Shown one piece after another: positions 13,569 through 22,488 of a stretch of DNA of 32,789 nt. The DNA is taken from positions 1 to 32,789 of IMG/VR virus record IMGVR_UViG_3300011334_000360, one strand, 5' to 3'. How positions within the stretch are numbered: position 1 is the first letter of the stretch; the number at the start of each line of letters is the position of its first letter. The position numbers were made by a program, and so were the translations under genes. This DNA comes from a virus (taxonomy: Duplodnaviria > Caudoviricetes). A model generated the notes under the pieces. The model was given only the letters and a program-made list of their open reading frames with translations. It was not told the DNA's origin and did no database searches.

Positions 13569-14368
13569 TACGGGATGTATTTGCGTTGGTGAAATAGTGG
13601 CAGGTCGCCTTTGTCGGTCGTTCTTGCGTCTAGGATGATGCAGGAAGGCTCCGAGATAGCATCGGGGACTACTTTGTAGCCATGGCGAGTAAGACCCTGC
13701 CACGCGCCTGTGATGAGCGATGCTTGGTTGCCGTCTGTCCAGATGCCGTGACGGTGACGGTGCGCTCTGCAGATGACGGATGGCACGCGTCTGCCTACTC
13801 TAGCACGGGTATGAGTGATGACACCGAGGGCAATGCTGTGCGCTCCTGCTTCCAGATACGGGCGGGATGTTGCGGAGATGTGGTGCGCAAAGTTGATTAG
13901 CGTTCCGTTAATCTCGATGTCTAGGTTATCCCATGCGTTCTGACCATTCTCAGGATTCTTGGATGCACCTAGTGCTTTACCGAGACGAATCTCGTCATTG
14001 CGGGTGTGGCACTCTGTCCCCTTGATAATGTGAACACCTGATGCTTTGCTTGCCACTGGCTCTAGGATCTCCATGACGGCAGCGGACTGATCTCCGATGT
14101 CTGCACTCATAACTTGAGTGGTGCGATGGTGTAGCCCCTCTACCAAGTCACCATTGATGACTAGCTCATATGGCTCATCGCCTACGATTTTAGATACCCA
14201 CTGATGGCAGTCTTGCCAGCAAGCCCATAGCCATTTCTGGAACGGGTTTTGACCGATGGGGAATCCTTCGTTGGACACGAAGTTGGCTGGCCATAGTCCC
14301 ACGACAGAACCAATATGCAGGTCTGACAGTAGAACGATGATTTTAGACTTGCTTTTTATTGGTTTCAT
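13568..14368 (-). CDS. calcineurin-like metallophosphoesterase
   Basis: LSDLHIG, NGDLVEG, KGTECH, FAHH and RAHRH metal-binding motifs. Confidence 0.9.
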   Translation of the reverse strand: MKPIKSKSKIIVLLSDLHIGSVVGLWPANFVSNEGFPIGQNPFQKWLWACWQDCHQWVSKIVGDEPYELVINGDLVEGLHHRTTQVMSADIGDQSAAVMEILEPVASKASGVHIIKGTECHTRNDEIRLGKALGASKNPENGQNAWDNLDIEINGTLINFAHHISATSRPYLEAGAHSIALGVITHTRARVGRRVPSVICRAHRHRHGIWTDGNQASLITGAWQGLTRHGYKVVPDAISEPSCIILDARTTDKGDLPLFHQRKYIP

Positions 14369-14425
14369 TTGTGTATAATGTTGCTCAAACTAGGCATTAT
14401 TGCCCATTTTTGCGTAGAATATTAC

Positions 14426-14920
14426 TCAGATTGTAAAGCGGATGCGTGAACGAATCTTGGAAACGTGCCGAGATTTGAGATAAACCCCACCGCCTTCTCT
14501 CGATCCTGCTGCGTCAGTGTTTCCTTCAACTACCTTGACGATGCCATCATCATCAGGAGATGATACAGCAATGCCGATATGGGAGAATGTGAATATCACG
14601 ATGTCTCCAGGGAGAATGTCGCCACCGTGAGGTTTCTTCGTATTAGTCGTAGAGTCTTGTTCAAGTGGCCAGTTCTCAAAATCCCATGCGGCAGCGGTGC
14701 GGGGGCGTTTGAACGTCTTGGTCTGCTTGACTCCCGTAGATGCCATGGCTTCGCGAACTACCCAGCAGACGAACGCAGCGCACCACGCCCATCCTTTCTT
14801 GGGATTGAGCCATGTAGCCGCCTTGTATTCGTCAACGCGAACTCCACAGTTGGTGTCTCTAATCTCTCGCACACCGACTTCCTCCTTGGCGATGCGAACG
14901 ATTTCTTTTGCGAGACTCAT
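14426..14920 (-). CDS. CHAP-domain endolysin
   Basis: AWCAAFVCW, PGDIVIF, SHIGI, EGNT catalytic motifs; ATG 14920 overlaps the upstream stop. Confidence 0.9.
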   Translation of the reverse strand: MSLAKEIVRIAKEEVGVREIRDTNCGVRVDEYKAATWLNPKKGWAWCAAFVCWVVREAMASTGVKQTKTFKRPRTAAAWDFENWPLEQDSTTNTKKPHGGDILPGDIVIFTFSHIGIAVSSPDDDGIVKVVEGNTDAAGSREGGGVYLKSRHVSKIRSRIRFTI

Positions 14921-15102
14921 AGTTTTTTGATGATTTGCCATAGGCTTAGTAACCCTACAATCAGGCCGACTAATAGACCGCTGATGCGCAGTCCATACTC
15001 AACTTGCTCTTGTAGAGATGTGATGACGCCAAGAAGCGGCGCAATCGTGCCGATAGTGCTATGACCAATGTCCTTCACTTTTGTTGAGCTTGGGATTTGC
15101 AA
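14917..15102 (-). CDS. holin-like membrane protein (start could be GTG 15078)
   Basis: hydrophobic segments, basic C-terminus, directly upstream of the endolysin. Confidence 0.65.
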   Translation of the reverse strand: MQIPSSTKVKDIGHSTIGTIAPLLGVITSLQEQVEYGLRISGLLVGLIVGLLSLWQIIKKL

Positions 15103-15103
15103 T

Positions 15104-15256
15104 TTATTTTGCGTCAGCAGCTTTGATTAGCCCGACACCAGCAATGACAGCGGCAAACGCTGCGGCAAAGTCTGGAGATTCACCAGAGATGATCTGGATA
15201 GCTACGTTGGAAGCTGTTGCTACGATTGTAAGAATGCCTAATACGGTAGTTTTCAT
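15104..15256 (-). CDS. holin-like two-helix membrane protein
   Basis: MKTTVLGILTIVATAS...FAAAFAAVIAGVGLIKAADAK. Confidence 0.7.
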   Translation of the reverse strand: MKTTVLGILTIVATASNVAIQIISGESPDFAAAFAAVIAGVGLIKAADAK

Positions 15257-15273
15257 AATTTTATTTAGTTGTA

Positions 15274-15597
15274 TCATGCCCACCATGCGGATGGAACATC
15301 GTCTGAGATTGGTTTAGGGACGGGGACTGGATCTCCGTTTTCGTCATCAAAGGTGAAGTCGGACGCCCAAAAGATATACTTTTCTGCACCGCTAGGAATA
15401 GGAATACCAACGAGGTCGCGGAACAATACCCACCATTGACCATCGCCGTTATGCTCGCCAATGACGCACAGTGCGTGTTCGTGACTGGCAAGGGATGATT
15501 GCACCTCGCCGTTCTCGTCAACGGTTGCAAAGCCGTTGGCAAGCCCGAACTGTTTGGCGACTTCTTTGCTTGGAAATTTCAAGATGTAGTCGATCAT
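15274..15597 (-). CDS. fibre-associated hypothetical protein
   Basis: MIDYILKFPS...; ATGA overlap with the fibre gene. Confidence 0.7.
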   Translation of the reverse strand: MIDYILKFPSKEVAKQFGLANGFATVDENGEVQSSLASHEHALCVIGEHNGDGQWWVLFRDLVGIPIPSGAEKYIFWASDFTFDDENGDPVPVPKPISDDVPSAWWA

Positions 15598-16784
15598 GGT
15601 GTGGTGATGGATTGGAGCTTCGCGTTAGGGAGACGTTTTTTGAAGTATTGAATGTGAGTGATATGACCATTATGAGGCGCAACCCCTAGTGATTGGCTCC
15701 CAATATTCAGAGTTGTTAAATTTAAAGGAATAGTAACCGTAGTATCTTGAGTACCTAACACCCCATTGAATGCGGCTCTAACATTGTTTGTTGCATAGGC
15801 TCCCGCAATCTTGTTGTATGAATCGCCAATAATTGTTGACCCGTTAATTTGCGCGCCGTATGAGCCTCCAACGGCTACATCGAAGCGCATGTAGAGTGGA
15901 GAAGGATTTCTGAAAATCGCAATTTGATTGGCGTTTGCCCCAGACGAAGCCATGGCCAAATAGCCCTGAGTTATCCCGCTGGCAAAAAGCGTTCCTTCAC
16001 TTGGATTCCAGAAGCTCGTGAAATCCGCTCCCGTAATACTACACACATCCGCGCTGCGGGGTGCTGCTGTGCTAGTTGTCGGGATGTAGGAGGTGGGGAA
16101 GGAGCCTGCTTCTAGTTGTGCGCCCCAAAGATGAACGCTGCCAACACCATCATCGTTTCGAATTCGGAGTTGCACAACTGTGCATCCAACTGGAGCAGTG
16201 AAAGGAATAGAAACCCTAGTCCATGCAGAAGTTGTAACTTGAGATGAATAATCTAGAAGAAGAAAAATGGTTGCATTTGTTTGGTTGCGAATTCGCGCAA
16301 TAAAACTCGATCCTGTGCCTTTCTTTGCATAGAAAGAAAAAACATAGGAAGTTCCAGCAGTAACATTTACATCTTGAGCTAGGAAGTTTGCACCAGCAGT
16401 TGAATTATCAACTGTGTCTGCGGTAAGTGTTCCATCGGGTGCTATTTGGGCATTTGCAGTTACAGTTATGGCTGCATTTTTAATCCATGGTGAAACATTA
16501 AACTCCTCGCTCCTCAAGCAAAGATTCGTCCTTTGCTCCTCAATCAACAGTCCTTTGCAAGCAAGCGTCACAGGGTCGTGGTCGAAGCGTGGGGTGTTGA
16601 TTGCTGCCGATTGGATTAGCCCGTTGCTTCCCACGAACGTAGCAGTAGATGCTCGCGTGAATGTGGGAGTTGGACCTTTACGGGCAGTCAGGGTTTTATC
16701 CGCAGCAAACGCAAGATCAAGCGATAATCCATCAGGATTCAACGCTCCACCGCGACTAAGCATATTTCCAAGTGAGTAATTCAT
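15594..16784 (-). CDS. head-spike/tail-fibre protein with carbohydrate-binding-like domain
   Basis: TFTRASTAT...PRFDHDPVT...GLLIEEQRTNL, WGAQLEAGSFPTSYIPTT....RSAD. Confidence 0.85.
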   Translation of the reverse strand: MNYSLGNMLSRGGALNPDGLSLDLAFAADKTLTARKGPTPTFTRASTATFVGSNGLIQSAAINTPRFDHDPVTLACKGLLIEEQRTNLCLRSEEFNVSPWIKNAAITVTANAQIAPDGTLTADTVDNSTAGANFLAQDVNVTAGTSYVFSFYAKKGTGSSFIARIRNQTNATIFLLLDYSSQVTTSAWTRVSIPFTAPVGCTVVQLRIRNDDGVGSVHLWGAQLEAGSFPTSYIPTTSTAAPRSADVCSITGADFTSFWNPSEGTLFASGITQGYLAMASSGANANQIAIFRNPSPLYMRFDVAVGGSYGAQINGSTIIGDSYNKIAGAYATNNVRAAFNGVLGTQDTTVTIPLNLTTLNIGSQSLGVAPHNGHITHIQYFKKRLPNAKLQSITTP

Positions 16785-17398
16785 CAGTAGCGCATTTGCA
16801 TGTTAGCGTTAGTAAAGACACGGTTGGCAACCATTTGCAAAGTGTGTTGTTCGTCGATGCGAATCATTTCTTCCTGGAGCAGCATGTCTGCTTCTTGGTC
16901 TGCCAGTGCAGCTTTCTCTTGCTGCCCTTCCGCACGAAGGTAGTCAGCGTATGTGCCGTGTGCCATGTATTGAAACCACTCCGCAGGGATTGCTGTGGAC
17001 TCTCCCGAAGCATCTCCGAAGGTATCGGTAAACTGCCGCTTGTATGTTACATAGGCTTCCGTGGGATTCAAGTCTCCAGCGACCAACGTAGCACCTTCAG
17101 CGGTAACCATGATGTCGTATTCTTGGACTGATCGGTTAAGCCACGGTGCTTGCTTGTGGATGCGCAGGTATGTGTCAATAGGGTCTTTCCCAGACTCAGT
17201 ATATGGCACAACGCTACCTGTTACCGCTCTTTCTTCCCCGATTTTCAGAAAACGAGGCCAGTAGTTTGTTGAACGGAATGCTCTTAATGCTCGGCGATTG
17301 ATTAGTGCCTTAATCCGCCCAAGCTCTAGCGTAGCAAAGACAACCCCGCTTAGTGCTTGGATCAAAGAAAGTAGCTCGGCGTAGGTTCTGGTTTGCAT
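16784..17398 (-). CDS. putative head-tail adaptor/tail tubular protein
   Basis: 204 aa downstream of the capsid genes; helical N-terminus (INRRALRAF...WP); call by synteny. Confidence 0.55.
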   Translation of the reverse strand: MQTRTYAELLSLIQALSGVVFATLELGRIKALINRRALRAFRSTNYWPRFLKIGEERAVTGSVVPYTESGKDPIDTYLRIHKQAPWLNRSVQEYDIMVTAEGATLVAGDLNPTEAYVTYKRQFTDTFGDASGESTAIPAEWFQYMAHGTYADYLRAEGQQEKAALADQEADMLLQEEMIRIDEQHTLQMVANRVFTNANMQMRY

Positions 17399-17676
17399 TA
17401 AATGTTACCTGCTTTCAGGTGTGATTGTGATTTGAAAAAGTCACGAACGAATTGACGGTCATCCCAGCATTCGTTTCCGTATTTGTTTGCGAGTAGTAGA
17501 TACTCACGTTGCGGGATAGATCCAACTGGCTTACCAGCAATGGACTTCACTTCACGCATTTTTCTTGCTTCTGCCGCTGCTTCAATTTCCCTGCGTTTCT
17601 CTAAGCTCTCTACGAACTTACGACCTGAGCAAAGCTCGCGAACTAGGGCAGCGTTAATTTCTTCGTTAGCAAACAT
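17398..17676 (-). CDS. conserved virion-module hypothetical protein
   Basis: PVGSIP..EY......YG.ECWDD..F motif; coupled stop/start. Confidence 0.7.
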   Translation of the reverse strand: MFANEEINAALVRELCSGRKFVESLEKRREIEAAAEARKMREVKSIAGKPVGSIPQREYLLLANKYGNECWDDRQFVRDFFKSQSHLKAGNI

Positions 17677-17682
17677 AAGTAA

Positions 17683-17715
17683 GAAAGGGGAGAGAGATTT
17701 TACCCTCCCTCCCCA
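17683..17715 (-). terminator. terminator after the capsid/decoration genes
   Basis: - strand GGGGAGGGAG-GGTAAAAT-CTCTCTCCCC-TTTCTT. Confidence 0.7.
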
Positions 17716-17723
17716 GTTATGAA

Positions 17724-18140
17724 TTAAGGCGTGATGTCAAATGGGTTGAGAATCGTCAAAGCGATCACAACTTCTCCAGCGGTGATGCTGGCAACAGTTC
17801 CACCGAGAGTCGCAATAACATTGACTGCGGATGTAGTGTTGTTGACGTAACCAGGCTCGGTATCAAGCAGTGTGCCGCTGTTAAAGGCAGTTGCTGTCAA
17901 AGCGTCAAGGTCGGTTGAGGCAACAAAACCAGCGGCAGTTCCAGTAACGCCAAGCGTAATGGTGATGTCGCTAGCTCCTGCGATTGGAGTGATAACGGTT
18001 ACACATGCATTGGTGACAATGCCGCCGCGAGGCACTTGTGCAACTGTTCGTGCTGCCGTGCCGCCAGAAACAAGTTCGGAAGCAGCGATACGGAAGTAGT
18101 GAGTAAACCCACGGGATTCATTGTTAGCTAATTGAGGCAT
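17724..18140 (-). CDS. putative capsid decoration/minor capsid protein
   Basis: T/A/V/G-rich beta protein directly after the MCP and before a terminator. Confidence 0.65.
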   Translation of the reverse strand: MPQLANNESRGFTHYFRIAASELVSGGTAARTVAQVPRGGIVTNACVTVITPIAGASDITITLGVTGTAAGFVASTDLDALTATAFNSGTLLDTEPGYVNNTTSAVNVIATLGGTVASITAGEVVIALTILNPFDITP

Positions 18141-18164
18141 AATATATTTTGTTCTTAGTTAGGA

Positions 18165-19160
18165 TTAGTAAGCGATTTTGCCGTGGGCTTGTGGATGCTT
18201 GACGCACAGTGTGCCAGCAACGTCGATGAATCCGCGCTCGCCACCACCTTGGTTCTCAAGGCGAGTAGCACCCATTGGGATAAGGGTGTTGAAGCCAAGA
18301 TACTTAGGATTGAGAACGTAGCCAACGTTAGTGCTGCCAGTTGGCATACAGCTTGGGTTGCCATTGACGATCTTCACAAGACCGAAATCGGAGTCATACA
18401 AGTTCACCGAAAGGGTGATTTGCTTGCTCGTAGCGTCTTGGTTGACGTGATAGGTAACACCAGCGGAAGCAGGAGTTGCACGGGTGAAGTTGCTGATAAG
18501 CTGACGAAGTGCTACGTTAGCAACAAGTGTCAAGCTGTTCATCTCGCCGTTCTTGGCGAAGATCGAACCGATCATCGTGTTGAACGAGGACTCGCTAAGG
18601 GTCGATGCGATAATCGAACCAGATGGAGTGCGGTAAGCGGCAGGAACTGGGTTAGTTGCTTGTGCAGTAGCTTGAATCCACTTGCCAAGACCACGCATAC
18701 CGTAAGGAGTGCCAGCACCGTTCTCAACAGTCATCTCGTTGTCGGAGGCGATTGTTGCTTCGATGTCACGTTTGATTTCGCGCATCGACTTAGCTTCAGC
18801 TTGTGCTACGTTGGCAGGACCAACGCTAGTTACAGCTTGTTGCAGGTTCGATACGATGTAGTCACGACGCATCAGTTGGATGTAGTTACCAAGGCGAGCG
18901 CGGTCGGCGAACTTGTCACTGAACGAAGTCACATCGGAACCTTCACTGATACCAGTCGTTGCTGGAGCAGCCAAGGAGTCAACAGTCCACTCAGTATAGG
19001 TGGCACTTGCTTTACCTTTACCGCAGAGCGATAGGATTGGGGTTTCTTCTGGAGCAAGGATGGAAAGCTCATTGCTGAGATCCTCGCGGTTGGATACGGC
19101 GGAACCCTGACCTGTTTTTGCGGTAGGGGCGGATGGTTGATAAGTATTTGAGATGGGCAT
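18165..19160 (-). CDS. major capsid protein (DUF5309/SU10-like)
   Basis: NREDLS...APEETP.LS, EWTVDSL, EGSD, NYIQ, KRDIE, YDSDFG; follows the scaffold. Confidence 0.9.
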   Translation of the reverse strand: MPISNTYQPSAPTAKTGQGSAVSNREDLSNELSILAPEETPILSLCGKGKASATYTEWTVDSLAAPATTGISEGSDVTSFSDKFADRARLGNYIQLMRRDYIVSNLQQAVTSVGPANVAQAEAKSMREIKRDIEATIASDNEMTVENGAGTPYGMRGLGKWIQATAQATNPVPAAYRTPSGSIIASTLSESSFNTMIGSIFAKNGEMNSLTLVANVALRQLISNFTRATPASAGVTYHVNQDATSKQITLSVNLYDSDFGLVKIVNGNPSCMPTGSTNVGYVLNPKYLGFNTLIPMGATRLENQGGGERGFIDVAGTLCVKHPQAHGKIAY

Positions 19161-19178
19161 AGTCTTAGTTAGTTAAAA

Positions 19179-20195
19179 TTATTTGTATTTAGCGATTCTT
19201 GCAGCAATCCATTCCTCTGGACTTCCGCTCTTTTCAAAGCGGGTGTAAGCATCGACAACTTTGCTCTTCGGGGATGTCGAGGACTTCGCAGCTCCCGCTC
19301 CAAATGGGGAAGATGATGGACTGACTTTCAGTCTATTCCCCACCGCAGGTTGCTTCTTAATCCTTGTTCCTCCGTTGATGGAGTTGGCGGCGTGTGCCAG
19401 GATATATTCGATTTGGTAGCCAATTTCAGGAACTTGTTTGCGTAGCTTTTCGATAAGCGGGTCAGACACTAAACTTCGGAATTGTTTCCCTACGACTGAG
19501 GTTTCATCCTTAATGTCGGGAACTTCTTCTTCTGCGGCTGCGATGTATTGACCTTTCAGTTGCTCCAGTTGGGCGATCTGCTGGAGATGCGCTTGCTGGG
19601 CAGGTAAGAATTTAGTCAACGCCTCGCGGGAGTTGCGGTTGGCTTTACGAATCTGCTGCTTGGTGAACTCCTTGTCTCCAACTAAGATTATATCCTCGGC
19701 GCGATAATCTTCGTATTCCTCCAGTAGTTCATCTGTTGTTTCAAGGGTTCGCTCAAGCTCTTGATATTTCGCTTTCAAGTCATCGAATGACTGGATTTCA
19801 CGAAATGGATTCTCGTCTTGAGGGACTTCCTTGACTGCTGGTTGAGATTGAATCTTCTCCTCCAAGGCTTTCTTCTGAGCGGTTAGCTCGCCAATGCGTT
19901 GAAGCAATCGGCTCTTACCTTTTTTGGCTAAGGATTGAATCTGTTCAGCCGTCAACGACAGTAGATCAATTTCACTTTCCTGCTCCTCCTCTTCTTCTTC
20001 GGCTTCCTCCTCGGGTTCGGCTTCTTCTGCTTCAGCGGGAATTTCTTCCTCCTCGGCTTCGGACGCTTCTTCTTCGGGTTGCTCCTCAGATTCAGGTTCG
20101 GGATTATGTCTTGCCGTTCTCTGAGCTACAAGCTCTTCAAATGACAGGTTGGACACTGATTCAATAGCTTCAGCGGTAGCTTCTGGATTACTCAT
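19179..20195 (-). CDS. capsid scaffolding protein
   Basis: ATG 20195; long Glu-rich N-terminus, RIGELTAQKK coiled coil; directly upstream of the MCP. Confidence 0.85.
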   Translation of the reverse strand: MSNPEATAEAIESVSNLSFEELVAQRTARHNPEPESEEQPEEEASEAEEEEIPAEAEEAEPEEEAEEEEEEQESEIDLLSLTAEQIQSLAKKGKSRLLQRIGELTAQKKALEEKIQSQPAVKEVPQDENPFREIQSFDDLKAKYQELERTLETTDELLEEYEDYRAEDIILVGDKEFTKQQIRKANRNSREALTKFLPAQQAHLQQIAQLEQLKGQYIAAAEEEVPDIKDETSVVGKQFRSLVSDPLIEKLRKQVPEIGYQIEYILAHAANSINGGTRIKKQPAVGNRLKVSPSSSPFGAGAAKSSTSPKSKVVDAYTRFEKSGSPEEWIAARIAKYK

Positions 20196-20295
20196 AATTA
20201 AAACGCCATTTACGCTCGGCGGTGCGAGTCGAGAAAAATTAATCATAATTTCCAAACAATGTCAACAAGCAAGATAAATTTGTTAAAGATTTTTC

Positions 20296-20323
20296 TTGCG
20301 TTCTGAAAAGTGCTGTGTAAACT
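20296..20323 (+). promoter_or_regulatory. promoter for leader B and the inverted cassette
   Basis: TTGCGT, 16 nt, TAAACT; same TTCTTGCGTT -35 context as the leader A promoter. Confidence 0.6.
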
Positions 20324-20327
20324 CGCG

Positions 20328-20435
20328 GCGACGAGAGGTCGAATTCATCGTTGTAAATTTTGCTCCATTACTCATGGCTTGGAGTTAAGGGCTAGCACAG
20401 GTATTTCGACCTCCTTGTGCTAGTCCTTTTTCTTT
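20328..20435 (+). ncRNA. leader B: terminator hairpin whose loop pairs with a 5' hairpin loop
   Basis: AGGGCUAGCACA/UGUGCUAGUCCU plus UUUUUCUUU; loop UUCGACCUC (20405-20413) is the exact complement of GAGGUCGAA (20335-20343); middle hairpin 20362-20385. Confidence 0.75.
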
Positions 20436-20460
20436 GGGCTAGATTAACCAAGAAATAATT

Positions 20461-20670
20461 ATGAAACAATTCCACACAACACAATACCATTATGAAATGG
20501 AGACGCAACGCTTCGATTGTCCCGTAGAAAACGTAGGCGAATGGTTAAACGACAGAGCAATTAAACAAGCGTTTAGACAACAAGAAGTATTTTGGGAGGT
20601 TTGCGAAACAACTTTAATCAAACAAGAAGATGGCACGCATATCTACCAAGTCACAGTATCCGCAAATTAA
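20461..20670 (+). CDS. hypothetical protein (inverted cassette)
   Basis: 69-aa ORF with A-rich leader. Confidence 0.7.
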   Translation: MKQFHTTQYHYEMETQRFDCPVENVGEWLNDRAIKQAFRQQEVFWEVCETTLIKQEDGTHIYQVTVSAN

Positions 20671-20688
20671 CCGAACCAAGAAACAACC

Positions 20689-20904
20689 ATGAACGAAGAG
20701 CAATCAAAATACATTGTGCGAGTCCTTACATTTCAGTGCAATCCAAGCACCGCAACTGACGATATTCAGCAGGACCTATTTTTGATCCGCAACCGATACA
20801 GCGAGCTAAAACAAAGCAGAAGCTACGAAGACGCTTCAATTTTGGCAAAAGCTGAATGGTTGCAAAACTACATCAACCAAACCAAGAAACCAACGAACTA
20901 CTAA
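20689..20904 (+). CDS. hypothetical protein (inverted cassette)
   Basis: 71-aa ORF with AACCAAGAAAC leader. Confidence 0.7.
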   Translation: MNEEQSKYIVRVLTFQCNPSTATDDIQQDLFLIRNRYSELKQSRSYEDASILAKAEWLQNYINQTKKPTNY

Positions 20905-20937
20905 AACATTGACAATTAGCATTTAACCAACCGAACA

Positions 20938-21174
20938 ATGAAAACAGAATACTACTACAAAGAAAAAGGATGCGATGATTTCAATGGACCTTATCCGTCT
21001 ATTTCAGCAACAGAAAAAGCAATCTTAAAAGAACACAAAGAGATTTGGGAGACATCCTGTAACTGCCTTCAGTCAGCATCATCTAAATCTTGGTGCGATC
21101 CAGTTCAAATTTTCAAAGTGGTTAAAACCGTCAAACTTGAAGTTACCGCAAACATAAAATTACAAGAACAATGA
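20938..21174 (+). CDS. hypothetical protein (inverted cassette)
   Basis: 78-aa ORF with ATGA overlap. Confidence 0.7.
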   Translation: MKTEYYYKEKGCDDFNGPYPSISATEKAILKEHKEIWETSCNCLQSASSKSWCDPVQIFKVVKTVKLEVTANIKLQEQ

Positions 21175-21530
21175 ACACAGAATCAGACACACCGAGGACG
21201 GATGCGCTAATGCCAGACCAAGGACAGAAGCGAACCATGCTTGAGCACATCGAGGCCATGGAAGCGCACGCGCGTCAGTTGGAGCGAGAGCTAAACGACG
21301 TGACAACAGATCGCAACAATCTCGACGCGAGTTTGACGGCGGCGATAAGTTCATCCAATGCACGACATTTTGAGTCGATGGAACATGAAGCTAAAAGCAA
21401 GCAACTAGAGCGCGAGCTAAACGCCGCCATGCAAGCAATACGCGAGATTTACGCCAACGAATACAACTCATTGGAGACCTACACAATTTGCGAGAAAATC
21501 CTACCAAAAGAAGAACATTTGAAGCCATGA
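21171..21530 (+). CDS. coiled-coil phage protein (SDTPRTDA / ARQLERELN type)
   Basis: SDTPRTDA N-terminus and QLERELN twice. Confidence 0.8.
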   Translation: MNTESDTPRTDALMPDQGQKRTMLEHIEAMEAHARQLERELNDVTTDRNNLDASLTAAISSSNARHFESMEHEAKSKQLERELNAAMQAIREIYANEYNSLETYTICEKILPKEEHLKP

Positions 21531-21796
21531 AAACATACCGAAAAATCACGATCCTATTTGCTGACGAAGAACCAGCAGCGGCATACAGCGACGAAACCAT
21601 TGCGCAGACCGTGCTGGAGCGTTGCGAGGAATGGCAACAGAAAGACATGGAGATGTTCGCCTATTGCATGTGCGATGAGGTCACTCCCACCGAATATCGC
21701 GACAAATTACAGGCTTATGCAGACTCACATCCACTCGATCCAAGCTATGCAAGCGCTCAATACTACGCGCTGAAAACAGTTTTTTTGCACGAGTGA
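21527..21796 (+). CDS. hypothetical protein (inverted cassette)
   Basis: ATG 21527 (MKTYRKI...) in ATGA overlap. Confidence 0.7.
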   Translation: MKTYRKITILFADEEPAAAYSDETIAQTVLERCEEWQQKDMEMFAYCMCDEVTPTEYRDKLQAYADSHPLDPSYASAQYYALKTVFLHE

Positions 21797-21806
21797 TTCA
21801 CAGAGA

Positions 21807-21846
21807 CAAGAAACCCGTAGAGATTAAATTTCCCTACGGGTTCTTG
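21807..21846. terminator. hairpin between convergent genes, probably a bidirectional terminator
   Basis: AACCCGTAG...CTACGGGTT flanked by CAAGA/TCTTG. Confidence 0.7.
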
Positions 21847-21903
21847 GAACACAGAACGCTGAAAACACACAGCGAGAAAATAAAAGCAGAATAGTGACGA
21901 ATG

Positions 21904-22116
21904 TCAATCTTCTTTTTTCAATAGAGTCAAAAGCTCGTCCAGCGTAGCAACACTACCGACGATCTTCATGACCTCGTTTGGCTCTACGCACTGGCGCAGG
22001 TCACCGAAAAAACGCTCGCGCTCATCTCGGATGAACTGGATAATAGCTTTGAACTCATCACGGTCGGATAAAGCTTCGACAGCTTGGATAATAGTTGGTT
22101 TAGGCAGTGGTGTCAT
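21904..22116 (-). CDS. small portal-adjacent protein
   Basis: 70-aa helical protein (EFKAIIQFIRDERE...KIVGSVATLDELL); typical podovirus position between portal and scaffold. Confidence 0.75.
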   Translation of the reverse strand: MTPLPKPTIIQAVEALSDRDEFKAIIQFIRDERERFFGDLRQCVEPNEVMKIVGSVATLDELLTLLKKED

Positions 22117-22238
22117 TTACGTTTTGCTTTCTTTTTTGGAGCGCGAACCATCTTGATTTCAACCTCAACATAGCCTTTGCTTTTTCCTTTACGTTCCATC
22201 TTTTCGTGATTGCAACCACCTGATTTAGTTTTCTTCAT
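22113..22238 (-). CDS. small Lys-rich protein (not in ORF track)
   Basis: MKKTKSGGCNHEKMERKGKSKGYVEVEIKMVRAPKKKAKRK; ATGA overlap. Confidence 0.6.
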   Translation of the reverse strand: MKKTKSGGCNHEKMERKGKSKGYVEVEIKMVRAPKKKAKRK

Positions 22239-22242
22239 AAGA

Positions 22243-22488
22243 TTATTTTATTGATTTATTGCCTTTGCAACGCCATTTTTTGCGGGATAGGTTATTCGGC
22301 GAGTTGGGGTCACTGCGCCAGTTGCCTTTGATAGCGTTGCTTCTAGCGCAATAGCTGTCGCCTTTTGCCGTGCCTGGGCGAACACGATCACCACCGTCAG
22401 CAGCTTTACCAGCCTGACCATACTTGATCGTTTTCTTTCGCCCAGTCGCGGGATTGGTTACTACTTTTGTGAAACGCTTTTCCATCAC
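22243..22488 (-). CDS. basic virion-module protein (DUF6321-like)
   Basis: KYGQAG...PGTAKGDSYCARS...DPNSPNNLSRKKWRC. Confidence 0.7.
   Translation of the reverse strand: MMEKRFTKVVTNPATGRKKTIKYGQAGKAADGGDRVRPGTAKGDSYCARSNAIKGNWRSDPNSPNNLSRKKWRCKGNKSIK

Noticed and set aside
16764-16787. - strand CTGATGA...GAAA
   Set aside because: The intervening sequence cannot form stem II; it is a stop/start junction
18183-19034. 283-aa + strand ORF
   Set aside because: Antisense shadow of the major capsid gene
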